Shown: one piece after another, positions 51,078 to 60,211 of the stretch
Numbering within the stretch: the stretch's first letter is position 1
How the letters are laid out: every line of letters begins with the position of its first letter
Assembly (NCBI GenBank): GCA_963811165.1
Contig: CAWEQH010000010.1
Location: forward strand, 128,001-192,000
Direction: 5' to 3'
Source of the DNA: an uncultured Nitrospiraceae bacterium
GTDB lineage: Bacteria; Nitrospirota; Thermodesulfovibrionia; Thermodesulfovibrionales; UBA6898
DNA: 64,000 nt
Translations under genes and position numbers: made by a program
Notes under the pieces: generated by a model
Told to the model about the DNA's origin: nothing
Databases searched by the model: none
What the model saw: the letters and a program-made list of their open reading frames with translations, nothing else

Positions 51078-52157
51078 TTATTTGCTGGCGTGCCAGTCGA
51101 TCTCTATGCCGCAGAGCAGGGGCGAACCCTTGTCGATTTTTACGGTCACTCCAGCTTCCTTATGACAGGATGCACATGCTGAAACGGTTTCAACCAGGTC
51201 GTAATTTTTCATGTCCATGACGTTTAACGTGCTGTCATCGCCGTACGTCCTCGAAGAAACGAACGCGTATTTGCCGTCTTTTGTAAAGGCAAAGTCGTGA
51301 GGCCTTACGTTATCCGGCAGGACAATGCGTTTTACGATTTCGTCCGTCTTGGTGTCGATCACTATAATCTGGCTCTTGTGCGTTCCCGGCTTAAGACCGG
51401 GATCGAATTCGTTCGGAGCGCTGACCCAGAGATATTTTCCGTCAGGGGTCATCCTCGCCTGATGGATGAAGGTCATCTCAGGGCTCGTGATCTGCTTTAT
51501 CTCTTTCTTTTTCTTCCAGTCGTAGACATACACAATGCCGGTAGGCATATCAGTGATATATGCCTTGGCGGCGTTCTTTGTCCACTGGATTCCGCAGACG
51601 GCCTTTCCTATAGGCATCTTATCGACGGTCTTCAGGGTCTTTGCGTCCCAGACATATACGTTGCCGTCGGCCATGTCTTCGAAGTAGAACTTACCGTCGG
51701 GGCCGACAATGGCTCCGCAGAACTTCTCCCCGACCTTGTAAGGTCCGGTTTTCTTGCCGGTTTTCAGGTTGACCTTGTATACATCGCCGTTTAGTGTGCC
51801 GGCAACAAGGACTTTTTCGCCCTTCTCCGTAATGATGGACTGCCCGTGCGTTCCTCCGGCCTTCTTGACTTCTTCGAAACTCATCCCGGCAATCTTGCCT
51901 TCCATTTCGGAACCGGCTTCTGTGAGTACGATTCTCCCTTTTTCCATGTCTGTGGGCGGCTTCATTGTCTTCATGTCGATTACTGCGATATGGCCGCCGT
52001 GACCTGCTATGTAAGCGGTAGCATTAAACATAGGAGCCTTTGCTGCGGTTACTACCTTTGCATCGATTACCTGTACCTTGTCGGCTGAAGCAATCATAAC
52101 GCTGTATCCAATGACAACCAGAAGCAGAACCAGTAACACCGTAAATGTCTTTTTCAT
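51078..52157 (-). CDS. secreted YncE/cytochrome cd1-like beta-propeller with a single CxxCH
   Basis: Signal peptide; repeated PDGK/TKDGK blade motifs; CASCH near the C-terminus. Confidence 0.85.
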   Translation of the reverse strand: MKKTFTVLLVLLLVVIGYSVMIASADKVQVIDAKVVTAAKAPMFNATAYIAGHGGHIAVIDMKTMKPPTDMEKGRIVLTEAGSEMEGKIAGMSFEEVKKAGGTHGQSIITEKGEKVLVAGTLNGDVYKVNLKTGKKTGPYKVGEKFCGAIVGPDGKFYFEDMADGNVYVWDAKTLKTVDKMPIGKAVCGIQWTKNAAKAYITDMPTGIVYVYDWKKKKEIKQITSPEMTFIHQARMTPDGKYLWVSAPNEFDPGLKPGTHKSQIIVIDTKTDEIVKRIVLPDNVRPHDFAFTKDGKYAFVSSRTYGDDSTLNVMDMKNYDLVETVSACASCHKEAGVTVKIDKGSPLLCGIEIDWHASK

Positions 52158-52386
52158 TCTTTCTCCCCTTCTCACTATCTTTTTTTGGTATCTTCGTAAA
52201 TCCATTCTTCCTTAACCCGAAACCGTCATGTCCGTTGTCTCAGCTCTTCACCTCCTTTGTCAATGGCGAATTTCCTATACGGCTTTCTTGCACTAGTATA
52301 AGAAACCCGCCGCTGCATATTCAACATGAATTTCTAACTTTAGATACGTTAAATCTCAGCATTTATAGGAATAAAGGTCTCGGACC

Positions 52387-52872
52387 TTATCGCCCTATGT
52401 GACGGTCCTCAGGGGCAAAGGCTTTCCTGTCGAGCAGTTCACGAATGGTTTTGCACAAAACGGGATGGACCCTCTCCGGCGCTATCTCCGACAGGGGCCT
52501 GAGCACGAACTCTCTTTCGTGCATCAGGGGGTGAGGGATTGTAAGCTCATCTCCATTCATTCGCATATTTTCGTATAGAAGGATATCGATGTCAATTACC
52601 CGCGGGCCCCACTTTTTTTCGGCCAGCCTTCCCATGTCACTTTCTATTTTTTTAATGAGCGACAGAAGTTCATGCGGCGAAACGTCCGTTTCCGCCTCCA
52701 CCGCCATGTTGATGAATCGCGGCTGGTCTTTTACGCCCCACGGCTCGGTTTCATACATCGCCGAGCGCCTTGTAATCTTCAGCCCGTTCTCTTCGAGAAG
52801 CGATACGGCCCTCAGGCAGTTGTCCTGTCGGCTGCCGAGGTTGGAGCCTAATCCCAAATACACAGTGGGCAT
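52387..52872 (-). CDS. folK: 2-amino-4-hydroxy-6-hydroxymethyldihydropteridine diphosphokinase
   Basis: YLGLGSNLG, YETEPWG, WGPRVIDIDIL, IPHP..REFVL. Confidence 0.97.
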   Translation of the reverse strand: MPTVYLGLGSNLGSRQDNCLRAVSLLEENGLKITRRSAMYETEPWGVKDQPRFINMAVEAETDVSPHELLSLIKKIESDMGRLAEKKWGPRVIDIDILLYENMRMNGDELTIPHPLMHEREFVLRPLSEIAPERVHPVLCKTIRELLDRKAFAPEDRHIGR

Positions 52873-53039
52873 TTCATTCAACCCGCGATCTCCCCCATCT
52901 AAACCGGAGCGTTATATATCAAACATCTCAATAGGACCGATTCCCAAAGGAGGGGCATAATATTTTCGCTCATTCCCGGTCCCGGGAAACCGGTACCTCC
53001 GGGGCTTTTGCCTCTTGATACCAGGGATGCTCCAGGAAT

Positions 53040-53061
53040 ACCTGCCCGCCGGCAGGCAGGT
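53040..53061. repeat. short palindromic repeat ACCTGCCCGCCGGCAGGCAGGT
   Basis: Near-perfect palindrome; related copies at 13878-13899 and about 60297-60315. Confidence 0.65.
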
Positions 53062-53108
53062 CGGCAAAAGGATCCGCTCAAATACCATGCCCCTCCTCGC
53101 AGCTGCTT

Positions 53109-54284
53109 TTAAAGAACTTTCCTTATGCGCCCGACCGCTTCGCGTATCCTGTCGACGGTCACGGTGAGCGCAAAACGGACGTATCCTTCGCCGGGAGCGC
53201 CGAAACCGTTTCCGGGGGTCGCCAGCACGCCCGCCTTTTCAAGCATAAGGGCAACAAAGCCGGAAGAATCAAAGCCCCCGGGTACCTTTGCCCAGAGGTA
53301 GAAACTCGCTTTCGGTTTCTTCAGTTCGATCCCGATGCCCTTTAACCCTTCATACAGTACATCTCTTCTTTCCTGGTATGTAGTTCTGATGCCCGACAAG
53401 ATCGTGTCATCGCTCTGAAGGGCGACGGAACCCGCTTCCTGCACGGCCTGGAAAATACCGGAATCGAGGTTGGATTTTATCTTGCCGAGCCCCGCCAGCA
53501 CGTCCTTGTTGCCGACCGCAAACCCGATCCGCCAGCCCGTCATGTTGTATGTCTTGGAAAGGGAATGAAATTCGATACCCACAGACTTTGCCCCTTCGAC
53601 TTCCATAAAACTCAGGGGCTTCTCTCCATCAAAATAGATCTCGCTGTATGCCGCATCGTGACAGACAATGAAATTATATTTCTCCGCCAAACGGATTACT
53701 TCTTCGAAGAAGCCCTTCGGGGCGACCGCCGAGGTAGGGTTGTTCGGATAATTGATAAACATCAGCTTTGCCTTCCTTAACGCGCTCTCCGGTATTGCGT
53801 TAAGGTCGGGGAGAAACCCATTGGCCTCGGTCAGCGGCATGATGAAGCTTTCGCCGCCTGCAAAGAGGGTACTTACCGGATATACGGGATAACCGGGGGA
53901 CGGTACGAGCACCGTATCTCCAGGTTCTACAAAGGCGAGGGGGATATGACCGATCCCTTCCTTCGAGCCTATCAGAGAGAGTACCTCGTCAGAGGGGTCG
54001 AGTGAGACATGAAAGCGGTTTCCGTACCAGTCTGAAACACTCCGTCTGAAGGAGAGCATGCCCTCGTAGGAAGGATACCGGTGATGCTCGGGTTTTTCTA
54101 CGGCCTTCTTCATGGCTTCTACGATATGGGAGGGAGTAGGAATGTCGGGGTCACCGATGCTCATATCTATGAGATCGACCCCTTTTGCCCTGGCCTCCTG
54201 TTTCATCTTGTCGATGGTTGCAAAAAGGTATGGCGGCAGGCTTCTTACACGAGACGCCATCTCGACAAAGACTTTCGGTTTCAC
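53109..54284 (-). CDS. dapL: LL-diaminopimelate aminotransferase
   Basis: LPPYLFA, GSKEG, NYPNNPT, HDAAY, SLSKTYNMTGWRIG, KSNLDSG. Confidence 0.88.
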   Translation of the reverse strand: MKPKVFVEMASRVRSLPPYLFATIDKMKQEARAKGVDLIDMSIGDPDIPTPSHIVEAMKKAVEKPEHHRYPSYEGMLSFRRSVSDWYGNRFHVSLDPSDEVLSLIGSKEGIGHIPLAFVEPGDTVLVPSPGYPVYPVSTLFAGGESFIMPLTEANGFLPDLNAIPESALRKAKLMFINYPNNPTSAVAPKGFFEEVIRLAEKYNFIVCHDAAYSEIYFDGEKPLSFMEVEGAKSVGIEFHSLSKTYNMTGWRIGFAVGNKDVLAGLGKIKSNLDSGIFQAVQEAGSVALQSDDTILSGIRTTYQERRDVLYEGLKGIGIELKKPKASFYLWAKVPGGFDSSGFVALMLEKAGVLATPGNGFGAPGEGYVRFALTVTVDRIREAVGRIRKVL

Positions 54285-54491
54285 TAGTTACCTCCTGATT
54301 TTTTTTTACTATTATATAATATTAGGGATGTCATGTGTGCCCGGCTGCTTGTAAATGGGGACCGTAATGCGGTTTGTTAAAAAAAAATCGACAAAAAGAC
54401 CGATTTGCATATTTAACGAACGATGAATTGATGGGGGGGTCCGGCGTATCTCCTTTTTGATAATGGCCGGGTTTTTCTGTTAATATTCCCA

Positions 54492-55394
54492 GTGCTTCTG
54501 CAACAGGTGATCAATGGTCTTACCCTCGGGAGCGTCTACGCGCTGATTGCGCTCGGGTACACCATGGTTTACGGCATACTCGAACTGATCAATTTTGCCC
54601 ATGGTGAAATATATATGCTCGGGGCCTATCTGGGGATTATCCTCCTGGGGTTCTTTACCGCCATCGGACTTACCGCGTACAGCCTTCCCCTGGCGATCGT
54701 TCTGGTGCTTGTACTCACCGTGATGTTCTGCTCATCTTACGGATTCACTATCGAAAAGATCGCATATAAACCTCTCAGGAAGGCGCCGAGGCTCAGCCCG
54801 CTGATCAGCGCGATAGGGGTCTCAATCTTCCTGCAAAATTACGTGATGCTGACTCAGGGGGCGACCGACAAGGTATTCCCCTCCCTCTTCGGGCAAGGAG
54901 GGTTTACGTTTCTTTCAACGAGCGTCACCTATCTGCAGGCGGCCATAATTGCCGTCTCTGCGCTGATGATGTTGCTTCTCCATGCCTTCGTAATGAAGAC
55001 CAAGACGGGCAAGTCCATGCGCGCGGTCGCCCAGGACAAGACGATGGCCTCGCTCTTGGGCATAAACGTAGATGCGGTGATATCGGTCACCTTTGTCATC
55101 GGTTCGGGACTTGCTGCGATCGCCGGCGTGATGGTTGCGGCCTATTACGGGCTCGTAAACTACTATATCGGATATATCGCCGGGATCAAGGCCTTTACCG
55201 CTGCGGTGCTGGGCGGCATAGGCAGCATCCCGGGGGCGATGTTCGGCGGCATCCTCTTGGGACTTGTCGAAAGTCTCGGCGCCAGTTACGTATCGAGTGA
55301 ATACAAGGACGCCTATGCGTTCCTTATCCTGATCGTCATTTTGCTTGTCAAACCCGAGGGCCTCCTCGGAAAAACGCCGGAGGAAAAAATATAG
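54492..55394 (+). CDS. livH: branched-chain amino acid ABC permease
   Basis: GSVYALIALGYTMVYG..INFAHG, KAFTAAVLGGIG. Confidence 0.93.
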   Translation: MLLQQVINGLTLGSVYALIALGYTMVYGILELINFAHGEIYMLGAYLGIILLGFFTAIGLTAYSLPLAIVLVLVLTVMFCSSYGFTIEKIAYKPLRKAPRLSPLISAIGVSIFLQNYVMLTQGATDKVFPSLFGQGGFTFLSTSVTYLQAAIIAVSALMMLLLHAFVMKTKTGKSMRAVAQDKTMASLLGINVDAVISVTFVIGSGLAAIAGVMVAAYYGLVNYYIGYIAGIKAFTAAVLGGIGSIPGAMFGGILLGLVESLGASYVSSEYKDAYAFLILIVILLVKPEGLLGKTPEEKI

Positions 55395-55419
55395 TCGCAT
55401 GGGCGTTGAGGAAAAAACA

Positions 55420-56526
55420 ATGAAGCGTTTCCTGATGCCTGCAGCTACGGCCCTCTGGCTTTCGTTTCTCTTTCTGCCTTTTAAAGGATTGAAGGCCGCA
55501 TCCCTGCTTTTCCTCGTTTTGGTTGTGGCTGTTCCTCTGGCAAAAGTCGTATCGGTCATGATACGTAAGGCATGGCCTTATCTTGAAAGGGTGAGCAGGC
55601 TTATCCCGCGCGACAAAAGATTTATATATGTTCTCTTGGTCCCAGTACTGCTCCTCCCCTTTGTGGCCGAGGACTATGTCGTGGATGTGGCGGTCATATC
55701 CGGCATCTATATCATCCTTGCCCTCGGTCTTAATGTCGTTGTCGGCTATACCGGCCTTCTTAATCTGGGGTTTGTTGCGTACTACGCTATCGGAGCATAC
55801 AGCTATGCGCTTCTCAATACGAAACTCGGGATGGGTTTTTGGACCGCACTGCCGGTATCGGTAGTTGTTACGACCCTTGCCGGTTTTTTGTTCGCGGTCC
55901 CGGCGTTAAGACTGAAAGGCGATTATCTTGCCATAGTAACCCTCGGCTTCGGAGAGATAGTCCGCCTTGTGTTCAACAACTGGGACAGTTTCACAAAAGG
56001 GCCCAACGGCATATCGGGCATCGCCCCGCCGTCTCTTGGGGACATGGTTATCGGGAAGATTTCGCACTACTATTTCCTCGTCTTTTTTTTCGTAATCCTG
56101 ACCGTTTTCGTCATGAGGCGGGTGCAGGATTCGAAGATCGGCAGGGCCTGGATCGCGATACGCGAGGACGGGATCGCGTCGTCCGCGATGGGGATCAATA
56201 CGATGATGTACAAGCTCTATTCAGTCGCTTTCGGGGCCTTCTGGGCCGGGCTGGCTGGCTGCTTATTTGCGGCCAAGATGAGGTTTGTCTCACCCGAGAG
56301 TTTTACCTTCATGGAATCGGTCCTCATCTTATGCATGGTCATCATAGGGGGAATAGGGAGCATCGCCGGGGTAATAGTCGGCGCAATAGTGCTTGTTTTT
56401 TTGCCTGAGGTTCTCAGAGATGCGCAGATGTACCGGATGCTCGCGGTGGGCTGCGGACTGGTCTTTCTGATGGTATTTAGGCCGCAGGGACTTTTCGGGA
56501 GGAAAAGTGTTTCTCTTGGAGGTTAA
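55420..56526 (+). CDS. livM: branched-chain amino acid ABC permease
   Basis: GLNVVVGYTGLLNLG, LKGDYLAIVTLGFGE, RPQG. Confidence 0.93.
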   Translation: MKRFLMPAATALWLSFLFLPFKGLKAASLLFLVLVVAVPLAKVVSVMIRKAWPYLERVSRLIPRDKRFIYVLLVPVLLLPFVAEDYVVDVAVISGIYIILALGLNVVVGYTGLLNLGFVAYYAIGAYSYALLNTKLGMGFWTALPVSVVVTTLAGFLFAVPALRLKGDYLAIVTLGFGEIVRLVFNNWDSFTKGPNGISGIAPPSLGDMVIGKISHYYFLVFFFVILTVFVMRRVQDSKIGRAWIAIREDGIASSAMGINTMMYKLYSVAFGAFWAGLAGCLFAAKMRFVSPESFTFMESVLILCMVIIGGIGSIAGVIVGAIVLVFLPEVLRDAQMYRMLAVGCGLVFLMVFRPQGLFGRKSVSLGG

Positions 56527-57268
56527 GTCTCTTTCGAAACACTTCGGGGGCATCAGGGCGATCGAAGATATAAGTTTTTCTGTGCGGGGCGGCGCCATCA
56601 TGAGCATCATAGGGCCCAACGGCGCCGGGAAGACGACCCTATTTAACTGTCTCACGGGTTTTATTAAACCCACGAAGGGCAGCGTCACTCTTCATGAAAG
56701 AAACATCACGGGCATTTCCGCAGACAGGATCACCCGTCTTGGGATATCGAGGACCTTCCAAAACATACGGCTGTTCAGGGAGATGTCTGTGGTCGAAAAT
56801 ATAATGGTCGCCCAGCACTCAAGGATACGCTCGGGCCTCCTGGGGGCCGTCCTTAGACTTCCGGCGTTTGGCAAAGAGGAGAGGGAAGTGCGGCAGAAGT
56901 CCTGCGAATATCTCGAACTCCTCGGATTAGAAACGCTGGCCGGAAATACTGCCGGCAGTCTGGCTTACGGCATCCAGAGGAAGATCGAGATCGCCAGGGC
57001 ACTGGCCACCGAAGCCGGCGTACTATTGCTCGACGAACCGACTGCCGGAATGAACCCTCAGGAGACGGACGAGATGATGATCATCATCAAGAAGCTGAAA
57101 CAACTCGGAAAGACCATACTCCTCATCGAACACGATATGAAAGTCGTTATGGGGATCTCGGAACGCATTATCGTCCTGGACCACGGGGTGAAGATCGCCG
57201 AAGGCATGCCTAAGGAGATAAGGACCGACCCGCTGGTGATCGAGGCCTATCTCGGAAAGGAGATGTAG
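56507..57268 (+). CDS. livG: branched-chain amino acid ABC ATPase
   Basis: GPNGAGKTT, RTFQNIRLF, LDEPTAG, IEHDM, EAYLG. Confidence 0.93.
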   Translation: MFLLEVKSLSKHFGGIRAIEDISFSVRGGAIMSIIGPNGAGKTTLFNCLTGFIKPTKGSVTLHERNITGISADRITRLGISRTFQNIRLFREMSVVENIMVAQHSRIRSGLLGAVLRLPAFGKEEREVRQKSCEYLELLGLETLAGNTAGSLAYGIQRKIEIARALATEAGVLLLDEPTAGMNPQETDEMMIIIKKLKQLGKTILLIEHDMKVVMGISERIIVLDHGVKIAEGMPKEIRTDPLVIEAYLGKEM

Positions 57269-57274
57269 CAGAGG

Positions 57275-57973
57275 ATGCTGAGGCTCGAAAAGGTACATAC
57301 GCATTACGGACCGATAGAGGCGCTCAAGGGCGTCGACATAGAGATAAAAAAAGGGGAAATCGTCTCGCTAATCGGCAGCAACGGGGCCGGCAAATCTACC
57401 TGCCTCATGACGATATCCGGTGTCCTTACGCCTTCCTCGGGGAGCATTAGGGTAAACGGGACGGCCATATCGGGAATGCCTGCGCACAGGACAGTAGAGA
57501 TAGGGATAAGCCAGGTGCCGGAAGGAAGAAGGATCTTTCCTAAACTGACGGTCATGGAGAACCTCGAGATGGGCGCCTTCCTCGGCCGGGGCGATTTTTC
57601 GGCGCTGCTCGAAGACGTATTCAGGCTCTTCCCGATCCTGAAAGAGAGATCGAAGCAGTACGGCGGGACCCTTAGCGGAGGGGAGCAGCAGATGCTTGCG
57701 ATAGGGAGGGCGCTTATGTCGAAGCCCGAGATACTCCTGCTCGATGAACCCTCACTCGGTCTTGCGCCTATCATGGTGACGAAGATCTTCAGGACGATCC
57801 AGGAGATCAACAAAGAGGGGGTAACGGTCCTCCTTGTAGAACAAAACGCACGGGCAGCCCTCAAGCTCTCAGACAGGGGATACGTCCTTGAAAACGGCGC
57901 GGTCACGCTCTCGGGCGACAGCGAATCCCTCCTAAATAATGAAAAAGTGAGACACGCCTATCTGGGGGAATAA
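57275..57973 (+). CDS. livF: branched-chain amino acid ABC ATPase
   Basis: VPEGRRIF, LSGGEQQML, DEPSLGLAP, VEQNA. Confidence 0.93.
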   Translation: MLRLEKVHTHYGPIEALKGVDIEIKKGEIVSLIGSNGAGKSTCLMTISGVLTPSSGSIRVNGTAISGMPAHRTVEIGISQVPEGRRIFPKLTVMENLEMGAFLGRGDFSALLEDVFRLFPILKERSKQYGGTLSGGEQQMLAIGRALMSKPEILLLDEPSLGLAPIMVTKIFRTIQEINKEGVTVLLVEQNARAALKLSDRGYVLENGAVTLSGDSESLLNNEKVRHAYLGE

Positions 57974-58093
57974 GACGCTGAAAAAACGATTTGACGGGTG
58001 TATTACGGTCCATACGGATGCAAGTTGCATATCTTGTCATTTTGTTTTCTTGTTGGCTATACTGGCTATTATTTCTCTCAGGAGGGAACCTAT

Positions 58094-58525
58094 ATGAGGG
58101 TGAGAACTTATTGTTATGTTTTTGTTGTAGCGGTAACTCTTACTATTTTTTCACAGGCGACGGCCTTTGCGGACGCCGGCTTTGAAAAAAAGGCGGTGGC
58201 TGCCGCGGATTCGTGGCTGAGACTTATCGATAACGGAAAATATACGGAGAGCTGGGAAGCCGCTTCAGAGCTCTTCAGGGCGGCGGGCGAAAAAGGGCAG
58301 TGGGGCCGGCAAGTCGGAGCGGTTCGCGGGCCGTTAGGCAAGGTGTTACAAAGAAAACTTAAATCGAAGCAATTTATGACGAGCCTGCCGGGTGCACCTG
58401 ACGGCAAGTATGTAGTTATCCGGTATGATACGTGGTTTGAAAACAAGAAGGCCGCAGTCGAGACGGTCACGCCGATGCTTGATAAAGACGGCAAATGGCG
58501 GGTCTCGGGATATTACATCAGGTAA
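58094..58525 (+). CDS. DUF4019-type secreted protein
   Basis: Signal peptide AFA; WLRLID, LPGAPDGKY, ETVTP, WRVSGYYI. Confidence 0.85.
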   Translation: MRVRTYCYVFVVAVTLTIFSQATAFADAGFEKKAVAAADSWLRLIDNGKYTESWEAASELFRAAGEKGQWGRQVGAVRGPLGKVLQRKLKSKQFMTSLPGAPDGKYVVIRYDTWFENKKAAVETVTPMLDKDGKWRVSGYYIR

Positions 58526-58670
58526 CCTTATTCAGTAATTATCCAATAACAGATTTTGATGAGCGTCTGCTTATGGGTGCGGTGTTTTTGCCGTGTTTGT
58601 CATTCCGGCTGATATGTATTAAACCTGTCAAGTGGATAAGCCGGTCTTTTCATTTTTTCTTTTTTTTGTT

Positions 58671-58875
58671 CATGCCGTGCATCATGGTCAGGGCACAAGA
58701 ACTTAGACGACGGTAGATCATTCTGATATACGCGGGTTGGCTACCGCATGACTTGTCTTCGTCGTGGAGCTGCCTCTGTCTTGTGTCGAGGGTCATCCTT
58801 ATTTCAGGAGCCTCAAGCCGGAATCGAGGATTCTCCATACCTGTTCTTTGAACCCTGGCCGGGATACGCGGCATG
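58671..58875 (-). ncRNA. predicted bridge/seek RNA in the 3' non-coding end of the IS
   Basis: Long basal stem (58671-58702 with 58843-58875) enclosing two stem/internal-loop domains whose loops match the target and donor junction; folded by eye. Confidence 0.8.
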
Positions 58876-58976
58876 TGGTAAAAAACCTGTTGTCTGCAGG
58901 GGCGAAGAAACCCCGCATAACTTTCGAAGCCCCGTAAGACAATTTCCTTTGTTCTTTTTTCCGTCATCAGTCCCTT

Positions 58977-60107
58977 TTATCCGTTCAGCACAACACTGAT
59001 ATTGCCTTTTCCCATAACTTCGCAGGCAATGGCCCAGATAAAGCCAACCAATTCCCGGGCCACCGCCGTACAACTCTTAACCGGGAGTTTACCTTTATTA
59101 ATCAAATACCAGTATCGACTGCAAAGTCTCTTCTGAGCTTTCCAGGCGATCTCCTGGACAGCCTTGCTGGTCTTCTCAGCCTTTCGTCTCAAATGGGCGG
59201 TCTTGCGAGCCGGTAGGCGATAGCACCAAGATGCCTCTATCAGCACTCGCCTTACGTGACCGTTTCCGGTCTTTGTAATTCCACCCCGCTTTTGCCGCTC
59301 TCCGCTTGAATGTTCCGACGGCACTAGCCCCAGGTGTGACATCAGCTGACCGGCTGTTGCGAAGCGGCTGAGGTCCCCGAGTTCGGCAACTATCGTCATC
59401 GCAGCCACAAGGTCAATACCTCGCAACGCCACTAGTCCCTCGACTATCGGCTTCAGCGTCCAACCTCTCAGAGCCTTCCTTATTTCCTCCTCCATGGAAG
59501 CTACCCGCTCCTGTGTATGCTTAACCATATCTATATATTCCTGAAACACTATCTGTTGGGCTGCCGTCTCAAATCGTAAACTCTCAAGCCACCTAAAATA
59601 TATTTTCGTCCATTTGCTCCGGCCGGGATAAATCTTCCCGTGTCTCAATAAAAATCCTCCAAGACGCTGCCGGCTCGTCCGCTCCATCCCCTTCATGTCT
59701 TCCCGCGCTCGCGTCAGGTCCCTCATCGCTTCCTGCTCTTTATCAGGCACCCAGATCGGGGTGAGTTCTCCAGCCCTCAGTAGACGCGCAAGACTTACTG
59801 CGTCTCTCCGGTCCGTCTTCACCCTGTCTCCCGCTTTCTTCGGTATCAGAGACGGCGCAATCACAACGCAATCATACCCGGCTTTCGACAGTCGTCGATA
59901 AATCTCATATCCGCACGGCCCGGCCTCGTAACAGAACAATACTTGCTCTCCTCCCTTGCTCAGCTTCTTCGCAAGTTTCAGGTAGGCATGGGGTGCGTTA
60001 TCTATTGCCCCGTAAAAGCCCGCCTCTCCTCTGTCAGCATCCGCAGTGCCTACAGAAATATCCGCCTTGTGTACATCCAGTCCTATAAATTTGCTATACT
60101 TCTTCAT
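58977..60107 (-). CDS. IS110-family DEDD recombinase/transposase
   Basis: GLDVHK, CYEAGP, KTDRRDA (D-E-D-D); C-terminal GLVPSEHSSG with catalytic Ser; GITKTGN. Confidence 0.97.
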   Translation of the reverse strand: MKKYSKFIGLDVHKADISVGTADADRGEAGFYGAIDNAPHAYLKLAKKLSKGGEQVLFCYEAGPCGYEIYRRLSKAGYDCVVIAPSLIPKKAGDRVKTDRRDAVSLARLLRAGELTPIWVPDKEQEAMRDLTRAREDMKGMERTSRQRLGGFLLRHGKIYPGRSKWTKIYFRWLESLRFETAAQQIVFQEYIDMVKHTQERVASMEEEIRKALRGWTLKPIVEGLVALRGIDLVAAMTIVAELGDLSRFATAGQLMSHLGLVPSEHSSGERQKRGGITKTGNGHVRRVLIEASWCYRLPARKTAHLRRKAEKTSKAVQEIAWKAQKRLCSRYWYLINKGKLPVKSCTAVARELVGFIWAIACEVMGKGNISVVLNG

Positions 60108-60211
60108 AACCTGTCCTCCTTAATGTGGCTCTGAGCCTCTGGTTTCTCGACCTTTAGCTTAACCCACGTCCTTTAAGGTAGGACAGGTTTAATACATTAT
60201 GTCTTGTCCGA

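Larger units (their letters stand above)
58611..60204 (-). mobile_element. IS110-family (IS1111-type) insertion sequence, about 1594 bp, complete
   Basis: Perfect 16-bp subterminal IRs ATGTATTAAACCTGTC (58614-58629) / GACAGGTTTAATACAT (60182-60197); CT core at 58609-58610 and 60203-60204; no longer target duplication. Confidence 0.93.

Noticed and set aside
51078..52157. Calling the propeller NirS or NosZ
   Set aside because: Too short, heme motif is C-terminal, no CuA domain, and no nir/nos accessory genes nearby.
58650..59073. ORFs 58650-58967, 58748-58999 and 58813-59073 as passenger genes
   Set aside because: No recognisable protein features; the region is better explained as the structured non-coding end of the IS.
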